64,000 bases of DNA from Octopus vulgaris. Lineage: Eukaryota. Under the pieces are notes generated by a model that was not told where the DNA came from, did no database searches, and worked only from the letters and a program-made list of their open reading frames with translations. The DNA lies in NCBI GenBank assembly GCA_951406725.2, contig OX597814.1, positions 18,414,001-18,478,000 of the forward strand, in the 5' to 3' direction. Positions 1 to 17,890 of this stretch are shown in pieces (position 1 is the first letter of the stretch; each line of letters starts with the position of its first letter). The position numbers and the translations under genes were made by a program.

Positions 1-635
1 TTTTAAGCATTTGAAAGATTATTGAAAACTTGTGGATAATTAAGGTTACATGTAGTAACTTGCTACTCACGTAAATTCTATCACAAATAAGAACAAAACT
101 GAGTTAAATCATCAATAATAATAATGATGGTTTCAAATTTTGACACGAAGCAATTGTGGGCAAGAGTGTAGACCGATACTTATTTTATCGAATCGAAATC
201 ACAAAAGGCAAAGTAGATTCCTGATACTTATTTTATCGAATCGAAATCACAAAAGGCAAAGTAGATTCGGGCGTCATTTAAACTCAGAATATTAAGTTTG
301 GATTGACAAAACGAAATTGATATTGATATATTAATATTGAAGGTGGTAATAGCTATAAATTCAAACTTTCGTACTAGACTAGTATAATCTATAAGGGCCT
401 GAGGAGTTAAGTTGACCATGGCCAACTTCAAACTCAGAATTCAGAGATACATTACACTTTTTCTACCGTTGCACTTCCCTTTCTATACAGATCATACTGA
501 TCAAAGCATTCAGTAACAAAGGCTAGGAAAATAACAATGAACAAACAGAAGTCGGTTCCGCAGGGTACAATTCCGTCACGCCTCGTTTATGTCTGCCTGG
601 TTCGGTTTCAGATAGATCTATCACGAACAACTACC

Positions 636-990
636 TGCTTCAGTCATTTGACTGTGATCAAGCTGGAGCACCGCCTTTAGTCGAGCAAATCGACCCCGCG
701 ACTTATTCTTTGTAAGCCTAGTACTTATTCTATCGATACTGTTGCCGAACCACTAAGTTACAGGTACGTAAACACACCAGATTCGGTTGTCAAACGATGT
801 TGGGGGGACAAACACAGACACACAAAAAATACACATACATACACGCACACATATATACATATATACGACGGGCTTCTTTGCTCGGCCCGAGGCTATAGTA
901 GAAGACACTTGCCCAATGTACTACGCAGTGGGACTGAACCCGGAACCATGTGGTTCGTAAGCAAGCTACTTACCACACAGCCACTCCTGT
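636..990 (-). mobile_element. tRNA-derived CORE-type SINE (family A), internally deleted copy
   Basis: Minus strand starts GGAGTGGCTGTGTGGTAAG (box A) ... GGTTCAGTCCC (box B), then TTGGGCAAGTGTCTT (CORE-like) and an internal microsatellite. Same sequence recurs at 22.5, 26.1, 35.4, 37.5 and 56.3 kb. Confidence 0.85.
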
Positions 991-1779
991 ATATACTGAA
1001 TAGGCACTACTACCCAGTAACACTTGCTTGTTCAGGTATGTTTAGAAAATCTGAGAATAATCTCAAGCGCGCATAGTCTCTAGAATCGACAGCATAAAAC
1101 AGTCCTTCTCGGTGCTCACTATTTGTAAGTAATTGCCAAGCATGCCCGCCATTAACTCACCACAAATTACAAGGATATCTATCAGTAAAATGGAAATTTC
1201 AATGGATTAACAGAAGTAATTCGTTCCAAAGCTGCTAACACAAACAAGCAAACAGCCTTAATTCCTATACGAAAATTGGATTTCAATGATCTTCCCTCTT
1301 CACATTTATTTACTGGTTACACGCAACACCAACAAGCCTGATCAAACTCTCGTTACCTGCAATAGTAATGGACATAGTAGAAATTATAATTATATCTGAA
1401 TAACTTAAAGACTCCTCAGAAGATAACTGCCAATGATATAAATGTACTTCACATATGTCAAGTTAAATAAAAAGACAATGTAAATTGACCTTCTAGATTC
1501 GAAATAGCAGTCTAACCTTACACTCTAGCGTTTTAAAGAACGGAACATAGAGACAATGTTCGATGCAATCCTGAATAAGCTGGGTGAATTATGTCAGAAG
1601 AGAGCTTTTAAGTATGAAATCAAAGACTGCTATAAACCAGGTAGGAAAAAAAAAATTATATAATAAAACAGAACGTATGTAAAATCAGAACAGATGTAAC
1701 GTGCTAAATTTTATGAAACCCATGAGGCACACTAGAAGTTTTAAGACTTTTTTTTTAGGAGTGACATTAATTTAAAAAC

Positions 1780-2330
1780 CCGTACAACTATCCGTCAAAG
1801 AAGGATCCTCTGATTTCAATGAGCTTCTTAGTGAGCTCCAGCCTCTTTATGAAAGCTCAGTGGAGGTTTTCTGGAGTGAAGGTCTCCGAGACCCTTGTCC
1901 CAGCCCTCTTTATCCTATCCTTCAGCTTGGGGAACAAGCCTACAGTAACAGGGGACAAGTTCTGAACTGAAGGAAGAGTGAGAGATTTTTGAAGCCCGTC
2001 TCTGAAGTAGCTTGTTGCTATGATAGGTTGGACTGGTTCACTGTTTTTGTGCGGGTTCTCCGGCCTTTTGAGACGAAATCTGTTACACAAAACTGCCACA
2101 AAGTACTCTTTGTTGACCGTTTAGCCAGAGGAAATCTACTGAATGTAGATGATGCCTTTTCTGTGAAAAAGGGGATCAACATGGGCTTCCCCGTGGACTT
2201 AGACTTACTTTACCTAACCACTTGTGCAAGCGTACAACAGATGCTCAGCTCATAAAAGTTACTCCATAAGCCGTCTGAAGTAATTCATGTTTCTGTGGCG
2301 TTTTTGCTCAGTCTAGCACCAAATCTTTTT
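1780..2330 (-). pseudogene. Decayed mariner (DD34D-type) transposase fragment
   Basis: Minus-strand translation across frameshifts gives KSTGKPMLIPFF..KGIIYI..SG*TVNKEYFVAVLCNRFRLKRPE...LSPVTVGLFPKLK. This resembles the mariner motifs KVMLIVFFD..GQTVN..YY..L...R.KRP and SPDLAPCDF.LFPKLK. Confidence 0.75.
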
Positions 2331-2684
2331 GGTTAGCGAGCTTCCAAATCCTCTTCATGTCCTGACTGAATTCTGCGAACTAGTTAGTTTTGACAAGCAG
2401 TGTTTAGTAGGATACGCTCAAAGTGCTATTACAGCTGTCTCCTTCAATGTGGAATAGAAAAATTTGGAGGGTCAGCTCATTACATGTATAATAATGATAA
2501 AATTGAAATTACAATGATCTAGAACATTGTGTAACTGTTCCTACTGAAAATGTCTCAAAACTCCTAGAATGCATCAAGTATTTTCTTGGGCAAAAAAATT
2601 ACAGGTTACCTTTTCCGTTTTGACACGTATGCTCGATGCGTTGTTTTGCGCAAATCGGTTTATCCAAATTTCTGAATACTTTGA

Positions 2685-2895
2685 TGATCCTTTCTACTAT
2701 AAGCACAAGTCCTTAAATTTTGGGGGAAGGGATGAGTCAATTATATCGATCCCGGTGTTTCACTGGTGCTTCCTTTATCGACCCCGAAAGGATGAAAGGG
2801 AAACTCGACCTCGGCGGAATTTGAACATGGAACGTAAGGACGGGCGAAATGCTGCTAAGTATTTTGCCCTGCGTGCTAATGATTCACTGCCTTCG
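2685..2895 (-). mobile_element. tRNA-derived SINE family B (GTTCAAATTCCGCCGAGGTCGA...TTTCATCCTTTCGGGGTCGATAAA central domain)
   Basis: Matches the copies at 28.8, 54.3, 54.7 and 58.6 kb; box B-like GTTCAAATTCC. Confidence 0.75.
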
Positions 2896-3830
2896 AATAC
2901 TTTAATAATAATTACTATGTATACAATATGACACTGGATATTCAAGATGTGGAGTCAGTCATTGATGATATCCTAATATATAAATGGAAACAAGTATGTG
3001 GGTGTTATTTAACTGTACTGGCAAATAGATTAACTCAGTCCCGTAATCGGGAACATATTTGCTCATTTCGAACCAAACAACATACTATAATTATCAAAAT
3101 CAATCCAATTAACGGATTCGGACTCTTGCGTATAGTATAGAAATTTACGGTTCATTGAGCATCAGTTGCAACATCTGCCACTATTCAGAAGAAATAAAAA
3201 CGTCCTCACCATTGTCGAATTCAATCTAGAAATCAAATCAACAGCGAAATTCATGGAAAACTCCATTCAGTAATCTCGGTTTATCTACAAATAAGTAAAC
3301 ATTTACATGTACAATATGAATAGTATTTACATATTTGAATGTCTGTGGAAACGGAAATGCAGTAAAAGCAACCTGTTTTAACACAATACAACAGAAATAA
3401 GTGGGAATGTCTTGACGGGGCTGATTCGCAATAATTACCTCTTTTCAGAGATATGCCTCTCCTCCTCAATTATCTGCATAACTTTCAGTTTCATTCACTC
3501 TATGTAGCTGTGGCTTATTACAGTATGATATTAATAGGCGGATTCATTTGCATGTCATACGTTAGTTGGTCATATAGTATATTTATCACGTATATTTACA
3601 TATAACACAACGCAATTTACAGTAATTGAAAGAAGCTTGTATAGCATATACAACTTTACCGTTATATATTTTGAAAGCCTGCAGTGATGTGAAAATAAAC
3701 CTTGATGGCCTCTACGGAAAAAAATTAATTGGGGTAATTCTTACAGATATGTTGCTGTATCATACACTTTCATCGGAGATAATACACTTCTCGTCACCTG
3801 GCCGGAAATCTTCGAATAAATATCGACTGC

Positions 3831-3912
<82 letters not shown>

Positions 3913-4182
3913 AAGAAACAGTAAAGAAAGAAACATACAATGGATAATTTGTTAATTTCTAATCCAAAAATTCTTGACTTCCAAGTCTTTATTAGGAGTT
4001 ATTCCATGTAGAAGGAACTCATCTCTATATTTTCTATCTTTACCACTGTACTTTAGCGATCATCCTCATGTTATTCTGATATTTTGAATAATGAATTTGT
4101 TATCCCAAATCAGCATAGCATATGCTTTTACATCTGTATGCGCATGTGTGAGTATGAATATTTATATACACACAGATATACG

Positions 4183-4253
<71 letters not shown>

Positions 4254-4308
4254 ATTCTTTTACTTGTTTCAGTATTTTGACTGCGGACATGCTGGATGCC
4301 CGCCTTAA

Positions 4309-4385
<77 letters not shown>

Positions 4386-4419
4386 ACATGTTGAATCACT
4401 ATATATATATGTACATGTT

Positions 4420-4622
4420 CAATCGCTAGCTTCTGCACGCATTTTTTTTTCTTTCCTTGTTTCTCTCCGTGTTTCTTTTCTGTGTATCTCTCTGTTGAAG
4501 AGCGTAGGCTCGAAACGTAAAAGACTTGTTTTATTTATATTCCTGAGCGCCATACTAATACAATTGTTTGTTTGTACTCCACCTGCCTTCGTCTTTTGTT
4601 TATTTTCATAAAGCTTCCCATT
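4420..4622 (+). mobile_element. Short non-coding Penelope-type repeat with hammerhead-like motif (4486-4525)
   Basis: CTGTTGA-A-GAGC-GTAG-GCTC-GAAA-CG-TA-AAAGAC. Homologous to 44306-44492 (reverse) and related to 62560-62730; followed by (TA)n. Confidence 0.6.
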
Positions 4623-5199
4623 ATATATATATATATATATACATAATGTAAAGAAACTTAAAAGCGTCTCGTGAGTTGGTATTCTACACAACATAAATGA
4701 ATCTTCGACAGCAGAAAGGCTATGAAAACACCTTAGAAAATCTGTTAAATAATAATAGCGTTATAAAGAGACAATATTTGTTGTCAAATGCCCCTTAACA
4801 TAACGATATAGAGCGATCAGCTGAAATTTGAAAGGTACTGGGTTTTATTCTCTGGAGCCAATTTTTCTGTCTTCTAAGGGTAATATAAATGATAGCCTAA
4901 GCTATTTTCACAGCCATTGTGCGTTCGAGAATTCCTTTCTTTTCTGTAGAATATATATATACATAAACATACGTATATGTGTACATACATGTATAAATAG
5001 ATATATGAGTGTGCGTACATACGTAGGTATAAATAGATTGAGGAAGCTGTATACATGCTCATATAAACACTCGTGTCTATAAATAAAGGGGAGCATTCAT
5101 ATTTGCTTACATAGACACTATTGTCATTTCCTACAAATGTTCACATGAGCAAATACACACTCCCGGCATTCAAACTCGGCTATACGTCGAAATACGAAC

Positions 5200-8310
<3,111 letters not shown>

Positions 8311-8462
8311 TTTCTTGTGTATCCGTGTTATAGATAATTGATGCACCTTTGTCTGCATGTATATGCGTTAATGTTCGTTTTCGACCAGCATGCTTACATT
8401 CGATAATTGAAATCTACACATGATCGCACTTTCGACTGCGTGTTTATCTTTCTGGAGTCGTT

Positions 8463-8493
<31 letters not shown>

Positions 8494-11251
8494 ACACATA
8501 GACACAAACACATACATATGTGTACGTTTATATGCTTCTGTGTGTGTATGTATGTTTGTATGTATAAATAGACAGATATGCGTAGAGAGAGAGAAAGACA
8601 GAGACAAAGAAGAGATAGAGAGCTAGATAGATAGATAGACAAATATATATAGCTAGATACATAGATACCCGTGTGAGGGTGTGTGTATATAAACATGCAT
8701 ATATTATGATGTGACTGAGAGAGAAAAATAAAAAGAGACAGACAGACAGACAGACAATCGTAGATAAAGATTCTTACATGCAAGCAATGACATGCACATC
8801 TATGTTAAGGGATAAGCACTTTTGTGCACGTGTGTGAGTGCATTTCATCACATATATTCGTAAAAATATATTATTTTTATTATCTTTTTCTGTTTATAAA
8901 TTTGAATCACGATGTTTATATATCTGTGCTTGAAATGCATCAGAGATGAACCCGCCATCCTTTCCTTATGCCCTACACTTATTTCCTCGTCTGCGTGCCA
9001 ACATATGTACACAGATACAACACATTCAACGTAGAACAGATGCATTCATTTATACTCCGCTATGTATGCACATAAAATAGCATAATATTCATATGCATTG
9101 AAACCAATATTTATCTATGCAATAAGAAAGAGAAATGAGAAATATGAGCGGAATATTATAGAATGAAGCTCAACTTCCAGCTGTTCTCCTCTTTGGTTTC
9201 CCTCATCATGTCCAGGTTCCATATAACAACGTCTCACAACAATATACATACATGCAATTCTATCATACCCTCTGCATTTTTCCCTTTCATTTAACCTCGC
9301 ACAAGCGCCCACTTTCACCTCTCTACATCTCACACACATTCATTCAAGGAAACCTTAAACCCACTCACCTAGTGATGCGTCCGCTTCCGTACTTGCACAC
9401 CACTGCACACAACCGCACATACACAAAAATTTACCCTACACCACTTTCTTTCATGTCTGTATCAAATAGTTGATACACAAATACAAACCGCTCCTCCTTC
9501 CTTCTTTGCTCCAACCATAGAACCGCATTCCCTCCTGGATCCTAACCATTTGCCCGTATATCTCTTTTTGCTGTTCTTCGAACATTTCGTCTTCCTCATT
9601 CCTCCAATAATTTTCTTCTGGACAAGAACTATCTGAGGTGTTAAGACTCGCCCTTTTCTTTCTTTTAGACGTTAAGTTAATGCAATACTCATCTCCCTTG
9701 TATTTTTATAGAAATATACTTCTTATTTGCCCCAAAAGTTTGACATTTCGTAAAATACCAATCTTCAATGCTCAAACCTCATGTAAGTAATATAATTGTC
9801 ATTAAACAGTCAGCAATTAATAATGCGTGTGCCTTTATTGATGGATATCCTGCTTTTCTACTTTACCCCCACGAGAATCTCGCTTTCAATAGCACTTGAT
9901 ATAGCAATATTGTTTTGAAAAGCGTGATATCAGCGCCTTGATGGAAATTGTATTGAGCATAAGACAGCAGGGGTATGAAATTCAATTTTGCAGATATGAG
10001 TTTTCGGGTTGATGTTTTCTTAACCAAGATTCTTCGACCACGACCTCAAACCGATGCAAAACTTGTAGTTGAAATTGTGTTATCTCACTTAGGTAACTGT
10101 AACTGTACCTGTGATACGCGCGCACAATCTTCTAAGACATTCATTTTTTAAGGTTAAATTACGAATATTGCTGGCAATAGAGCAAACGAGTCATTAAATT
10201 AGAATTCCTCAATAATTAATTTTGTTTAATCGAACTTGTGAAACAGGTGTTGAAACCGATGGGTGAGTAAATAATGAATAATAATGCCAACCAAAACATT
10301 ATCATACTTAAAAGTTATCTTGCTAGAAAACTGACTATATTTCTTATAGAAATGTACTCAATTATTCAGCCATTAATAAGTATTTATTAACTTAATGTCG
10401 TACAAACATTTCATATACGTTAGTGAAAGAATTAACATCTCTTTCGTTACGATATAGTCCCTAAAAGGTACGATTCAGTGTCATTTAAAATTTGTCTGCA
10501 GCCTGCAGCAGCACAACTTCAATTATAGATAAGCGATAAAGGAGGCTTTAGAGACATGACACTTTTTCTGGTGTGCAGCCCTTGTAGATATGTTGTTATT
10601 AAACCATATTTCAAAACTCAACACACAGATTTTGAGAATGTAAAGGGTCAATTAGAATAATTTCCGAAAACTCAAGTGTTCAGTGTTTTAGTATGGAGAA
10701 ACTCTTGAGAATTCAATAACAACTCGGTTGAAGTTGAAGTTTAAGAAAATATCAATGCCAGGGGAAAAGAAAACAAAATACAATTATCCAACAATTATAC
10801 AAAAGGGAATATCTTACTATTGGTTGAGGTGTTTAAAATGGCTGTAAAACATGGCTACTTCAGTGAGATAGTATCAGAACATTTCGATGCAAAGGTAAGA
10901 AAAATGTATCCTCTGGAGTAAATAATATAAGCATTTCCATGATACAATAAATATCTATTTCAAGTGTTTCTGAGTCAAACAAGTTATAAAATACCTTAGA
11001 CACATCTTATAGCAATTATTAGATAATTAAGAATTCAAAGCCCCGAAGGACACGCATATAGACTCACAGATGTGTATGCGCGCGCGGCCCCGCGCTTGTA
11101 CGTGTGTGTGTGTGTGCATACATACGCACATATATACGTAACCTATATATATATATATACAAATATATACAAATATAAATACATTTACATACATGCATAT
11201 ATATATATATATATATACAGAGAGAGAGAAAGAGAGATAAATAGATAGATT

Positions 11252-11325
<74 letters not shown>

Positions 11326-12112
11326 AAGATGGATAGATAGATAGATATACGCATATATACATATACATACACATACATACGCATATAGAGTGAAACCCGA
11401 GTTGCGAGACAAAGTCCTAACCGCAGTTTCTTCATTTCTGAAAAAAAGTAACAAAACTAGGCGTGTGCGTGCGTGCGCGCATCAACGGAAGCACGCAATT
11501 CCCTTACACGAAAAATTCGCAGATTTTGTAGGGAGGCTATGTTCTAATGAAATTTAAGACAGAAACAGTTAATTTCAACGGCAACATAAAAATTGCATTT
11601 GTTCTTGTATCGATACAAGCATTGCTGACCTTATACTAAACCTTCTACATATACGTAAAAAAACAACATTATACCAGTCCCTGCAAAACCGGTTTGGTGA
11701 AATGTATCTATTTTAACTAACTATTAAATGTAGATTATTATGGGAGCCAAAATCTTCGAAACCACTAGAAGAGGAAAGGATTAAATCAAACGACAGAAGA
11801 AAAAATCTTGACAAAAATAAACCTTTTCCTCCACCAACATTACGACTTTTCTATGCAAGAATTGGTCTACAGTGTCATTAACAGAATCACCGCAAAGGAA
11901 GCATTCAGTAAAGAAGAAACTACATTCTCGGATACGAAATAAATCCGACGACGACTACGAAAGAGATATATGGTTTATTATGGTAGCCTTGCTGTCCTGA
12001 TTCTCCTATGCTTTTAAACAAATTATATTTCACTTGTGGTTCAAAGTATAAAACAAGAAATATCAACAGAAATCTAGTTGGCACCGGTACAATATCTGGT
12101 AAGCTTCTGAAG

Positions 12113-12418
12113 CAGTGGTTCTCAACCAGGGCCTATATGGTCCCTAAGGGTCCATATAAGATTTTGGAGGGTCCACACAACAAAATAGTAAATTAGGGAT
12201 CCACAATAGTATTTTAAGGGTTCCTGAAAAAATTTTGCTTTTGATGTATGTATAGGTACGTATTACAAGAAACAGGTTTCTTCTACGAAAAACAAAATGG
12301 AAATATAGAAAGAAGTTTCTATAGAACTAGTTTTTAAGCATCAAAGGTTTTCAGGGGTCCACCAGAATAACAGAATAATCAAAAGGATCCATAGGTGAAA
12401 AATGTTTGAGAACCTCTG
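12113..12418. mobile_element. hAT/Charlie-type MITE
   Basis: TIRs CAGTGGTTCTCAAC ... TTTGAGAACCTCTG. Flanking 8-mers TTCTGAAG / ATCTAAAG (6/8 match, NTCTARAN-like hAT target). Internal GGGTCC subterminal repeats. Confidence 0.8.
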
Positions 12419-14904
12419 ATCTAAAGCATTTTGGCAGTGTCTGCACAGATCGGAGATCCTTGTATCGAGAAATGATAAGTTGCTTTTGATGTCATAAAGA
12501 CGAAAAGGTGGTTAGCCAAAACCTTATGTAATGGAACTGTAGTATGTCACTATTTAATGGTTTAAATTATAAATGATAAATATGATCTTGTATTTATTCA
12601 TGTAAAATTTCCGTCTGTATGTAGAATTTTCTCATGTAGGCTTTCGGTAAGATGTACCACAATAACTGAGACCGACGAACAACTAGTAAACCATTGTTGA
12701 TTTCTGACGACTGTAGCAAAAAGCATTGTAATAAACTCTTTCACTCTTTCTATGTTAGGTGCTTTTATAAAACAAAGAGTAGGAACGGCCTGTATGTACC
12801 TATACAAGGCAACTCGGACATGATATAGTAAAAGTTCAGAGGAATATACTGACAATTCATTGCAAAGCAGTAAGGTGTAACTGAAACTTAGAGCAAGTAA
12901 ACTTTCTATACAACTTATTCCGGATAAAAGGCAGTTTATATAAAAACTTCAATAACCTGGCGGCTATAAGGAAGCAAATATTGTCAAAAATAGTTGTACA
13001 GGAGACTGCAGGTATCATCAAATATGCATGAAATTAATGAGATCCATACTGTAATAATTATTTGAAGATTTAACGATACTCTTACATCTTCAATTCTTTT
13101 TATATTTTCGTCCTCGATATTTTAATCATTTTTCTTCCATTTACTTACTTCTGCCTTGAACCCTTGATTCAGCCTTCTTTACCCCAGAAAGTGTTGGGAG
13201 TGTCTAAAATTATATAGGTGATCTCTTGGCACCTAAGATCACCAAGTCGATTTTATCCCGCTTTGCTCCAGGATTCGCGACAAGCATTATAGTAAATGTC
13301 AAATATTGAACATTACATATTAAATTTACTCTAGGAAGAAAAATTGCATGCGCGTTCCTTTTGACATTCAGTTTACAATTGGCTTTCAAAATTCATACAA
13401 TAAATAACATTTTAAAAAATATCTTTGACAGTTTTTTATATTTAATTACATACTTCTCGTTGAATATTAGCTGGACGTGGATGAAAATAGCCGTATAGAT
13501 TCTAGAGCATATAATGGGTATTCACTTATCCAATAACACTCTTCACTTACCCCTACCATCAAAAACGTTAGACCCATTATGCTAAACAGAATTTTTACTA
13601 TTGTATAAACGGTCGAAGTCCAATTTTTTATCCTCTGTTTCACTCGTGTCTTTTGTTTTGTATTTTACCTGGATGCATGTTTGAATCCATGTTACACGCT
13701 ATGGGTGGTTTGTGAATACTGACTGAGAACAGGAGAAAACTTATAACAAGTTCAGCACATCAAACAACGCTCTGTTTTCTCACGTAAAGCATATTCATTG
13801 ATTCAACGTTTAAAGACAGTGGCTTCAGTTCAGGAACCTGCCAGTCTTTGTCCTAAATTATAAACTGCAAGTGAATTTACAAAATTTAAGTATAGCTGTA
13901 ATAGTATTATCACTGTGTGACAGCCTTCTTCGTTTCTTCGATTGTATTGCTTTAATGCTTGATTCTGTGTTGTATATGAAATGTTTTGCAGTCAAATACT
14001 TGACCCTATACAAGATCTTTGAATGTTAACCTACAATTGAATCTCTCAAGAGTAATAACACCTCTGTTTAAGTACAGAAATCTTATTTTAGGGTCATTGA
14101 TGGGACCATGAGGTCAAGACAATATTTCCGGTGAAATTTCGTTTACAATCCTTCTGTATTCTTTGGAGTATAACAACCTAATGAACGACATGGATTATTT
14201 GGTTCAAGAAAACTGCAAGTGCTCATCGGATTTGCCTTCTGTAAATGATGTCATGTGTGTACTATGTGTGTGTGTGTGTGTGTGTGCGTGTGCGCGTATA
14301 CTCATTTACGTTGGAAGAGTTCTCTCGCGCCCCAGATGTCATATCAAATATGCCATGCGATACTTCATAAATAGCATTGAATTAGAAAGAAACATATTGA
14401 AGATATTTTTTCTGTGTGGATAATTCCGAAATATATATTACTTCAGATACTAAATTGGCCGGCTGGCTGCTTCGAATGCAATTAAGAAGAAATATACTAA
14501 ATGAGAAATAACGATAATTAAAAAAATTATGAATTATTAGTGATAGACATACCATAATAATCGTAATAATATTGCTGAATATTCCGAGGGTTTCTTATCT
14601 GTTGCAGACTGGATCATAAGAAGTGGATTAAATTCAACATATGGTAAATAAAGAATTAGTCTTCATAAGATGTAAAGGTAAATTTTCTAATTGCATCTTA
14701 AGTCGTGAAGATTTTCGTCGCCTTGCATCTATTCAATTAAGACACAAATTTATATACATATGACTACCTTTTTGTTACTCTATAATTGAGTATAAATGAG
14801 AAACTACTGAAATTAAGCCCAGTGGCCTAAAAGGAAGATATTGTTTATGGGTATATACATTCATACACGAACACACACACACACGCACATACACACACAC
14901 ATAT

Positions 14905-15505
14905 GGCATCCGATTAAATTCGTCTAAAATACAATTGATCTAAATGCAATTTGTCTAAAGCACAATTTGGCTAAAATATAAAGATTGTTTCTCGTTTTAT
15001 GAATTTGTAGGAAGTGGAAAGGAATAGGTGTTTATTCGTGCTATTGAGTATAAATACATGTTTACGATAATATGGAAAAAAAACTAGTTGTTTACTATTA
15101 TGTGGAATAAAACTAGTTGTCTACTAAAAAAATATTTCTTATTTGGAATTATTCACTGTGAAAAGGCCCATTGCCAAACATGTCTGCTGAATTTATTGAC
15201 TCAGAAAAAGGTCGTAAGAAGTTAGTGGATAATGGACATGCATACTATAAGAATGGTGAAATGGTGAACTTGTTTATTGTGCTAAGAATATCCAAAAACA
15301 AAATGCCGTGCTAGCATATTTACGGTAAAGGATGAAATTGTGAAATCTTCCAACGCCCATAATAATATATTGAATGCCGCTGAAATTGCAGCAAAAGAAG
15401 CCGTTTCAAAAATAATTCAACTGGCTAAGTCAACACAAGACATACCCCATTCAGCTGTATCTAGTGTTTCTGATGATTGCGACGCCCACGCCTCTTCCCA
15501 CTAAA
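14905..15505 (+). pseudogene. MULE (Mutator-like) transposon 5' relic with FLYWCH-like N-terminus
   Basis: From ATG 15180: MSAEFIDSEKGRKKLVDNGHAYYK..(frameshift)..EYPKTKCRASIFTVKDEIVKSSNAHNNILNAAEIAAKEAVSKIIQLAKSTQDIPHS. Upstream terminal region has tandem AATTyGTCTAAA subrepeats (14915-14975). Confidence 0.6.
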
Positions 15506-15520
15506 TATTTGGAATATGTG

Positions 15521-15551
<31 letters not shown>

Positions 15552-15620
15552 AGGTAGATAAATAAATAGATAGATAGATAGATAGACAGATACACATATA
15601 GATAGATAGATAGATTGATT

Positions 15621-15677
<57 letters not shown>

Positions 15678-15732
15678 GGAGATAGATAGATAGATAGGTA
15701 AATAGATATATAGATAAATAGATAGATAGATA

Positions 15733-16692
15733 TGTTTCTTTATTAGCCACACAGGGCTGCACACAGATAGAACAAATTACAAGGTAGAGCTTTTCTTTTG
15801 AAGGTTTAAGAAAGAAAAAAAAAAAAAAAAATAGGAAGGGGGAGTTTCGATCAAAAGGGATCGTAAAAGGAGAGAAAGAGGACAAAAAAAAGGGGGGTTT
15901 AAAAAAAAGGGGGAGGAAAAAAAATTGATCAATAGGGATCGTTATCACAGAAATGTCAATATGAAGTGTAAAGGGGAGGACAGGTGAGGTTTACCCGTGC
16001 AAAGAAAAGCCTACGGAAAAGACCACGGTAACCTCGGTCAATGATGTCACATTTTATATTTCTTTTTTTTTTTTTTTTTGCAAATAAGCAACTCTCTGTT
16101 TTCGATTTCTGGGTTCATAGGACTATGCTCAAGGTGGCTTCGTCATTCATACGTGCCATTCTTGCTACATTCACCCATCTTTTTAAAACATTCGCTAGAC
16201 AAAACCTGCCTCTCTACTCTCACTTTCCTTTTCAAGTGGTACTTGAAGAAGTTGATGAGAGATTGACCAGAGAGGAAAGTGTTTGTCTCCAATCCTTTCA
16301 GACGCGTCCACCAGATACATTCTTTCGCCATAGCCACAAGGATGATGAAAATAGCTCTTCCTTCCCGTTTGAAGGAAGGAGGCGTGACAATATTGACGAT
16401 AGACTCAGCTGATAAACCGACTCGTCCCACACGTGACAGCAGTTGTTCGACATAAGCCCACAGGTCGGAAATTGTTGGACACTGAACGAGTGCGTGCAGA
16501 ACGGTTTCGTCGCTCTGACCGCATCTCGGGCAGGTCGGCCCCGTGTTTCTCGAGCCGTGTCTGTAGAGCTTATCCCGAACGGGTAGCGCTTCTCGGTAGC
16601 ACTGCCAGGCCAGGGATCTCTGGAAGTTGTCCATGGGCCCTGGCCCGAAAGTCGTCCTGAACAGGCGGGTCAGGTACTCCTCGTCGACGTCC
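15733..16692 (-). mobile_element. 5'-truncated Tx1/L1-clade LINE (ORF2 C-terminal zf-RVT region + 3'UTR) inserted in (GATA)n
   Basis: ORF 16143-16692 encodes AWQCYREALPVRDKL...CPRCGQSDETVLHALVQCP (CCHC zinc knuckle of L1/Tx1 ORF2). The 3'UTR ends AATAAAGAAACAT, with (GATA)n on both sides. Confidence 0.85.
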
Positions 16693-16720
16693 AGATAGAT
16701 AGATAGATAAATAGATAGAT

Positions 16721-16817
<97 letters not shown>

Positions 16818-17238
16818 AGTCAGCATTGGTGTCGGTAGCTGGGTTGGATAGGTCATCAATTAATGATTATATATATTTCATACATTTTATATTACTCCTA
16901 AAACGCAGGATCCTGTTATCTGGTAGATAGGCTATGAAGACATAAACTTGCCGTATCGGTTTCACAATCAATCATCCTGCATAGCGATAAAGTCACAGGT
17001 AAGAATAAATAAAAAACGGAATAGAGAAAGTAGGAGAGAAAGAGAGAATGTGAGTAGTGGGGGGAGCGTGAGAAAGAGAAGGAAAAGTGAAGGGGAAAGG
17101 GGTTATATGTTATTGCCTTTATCGAATGAATGACACTAATCATAGATCAGCTGCAACATCAGAAGGATAATCATTGGCGTTGTGGTTTCATTTTTGTTTT
17201 GTTTCTGAAATGCCGTTTTCATTGTCCTTAGCAAAAAC

Positions 17239-17890
<652 letters not shown>

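Noticed and set aside
175-268. About 48-bp tandem duplication
   Set aside because: Local duplication within a decayed family B SINE; unremarkable.
1100-1620. Possible very old Penelope RT remnant (DIVE.., MFDA..GELC-like peptides)
   Set aside because: Too degenerate to support by eye; needs a frameshift-aware search.
10740-10900. Possible host exon ending in AAG|GTAAGA
   Set aside because: No recognisable protein similarity, clear acceptor or partner exons.
12500-13290. Possible second hAT transposase relic on the minus strand
   Set aside because: Only faint motifs (LSGVKK, YCFA); insufficient.
16693-16859. N-terminal LSIY-repeat part of the 238-aa ORF
   Set aside because: (GATA)n fortuitously in frame with the truncated Tx1 ORF2.
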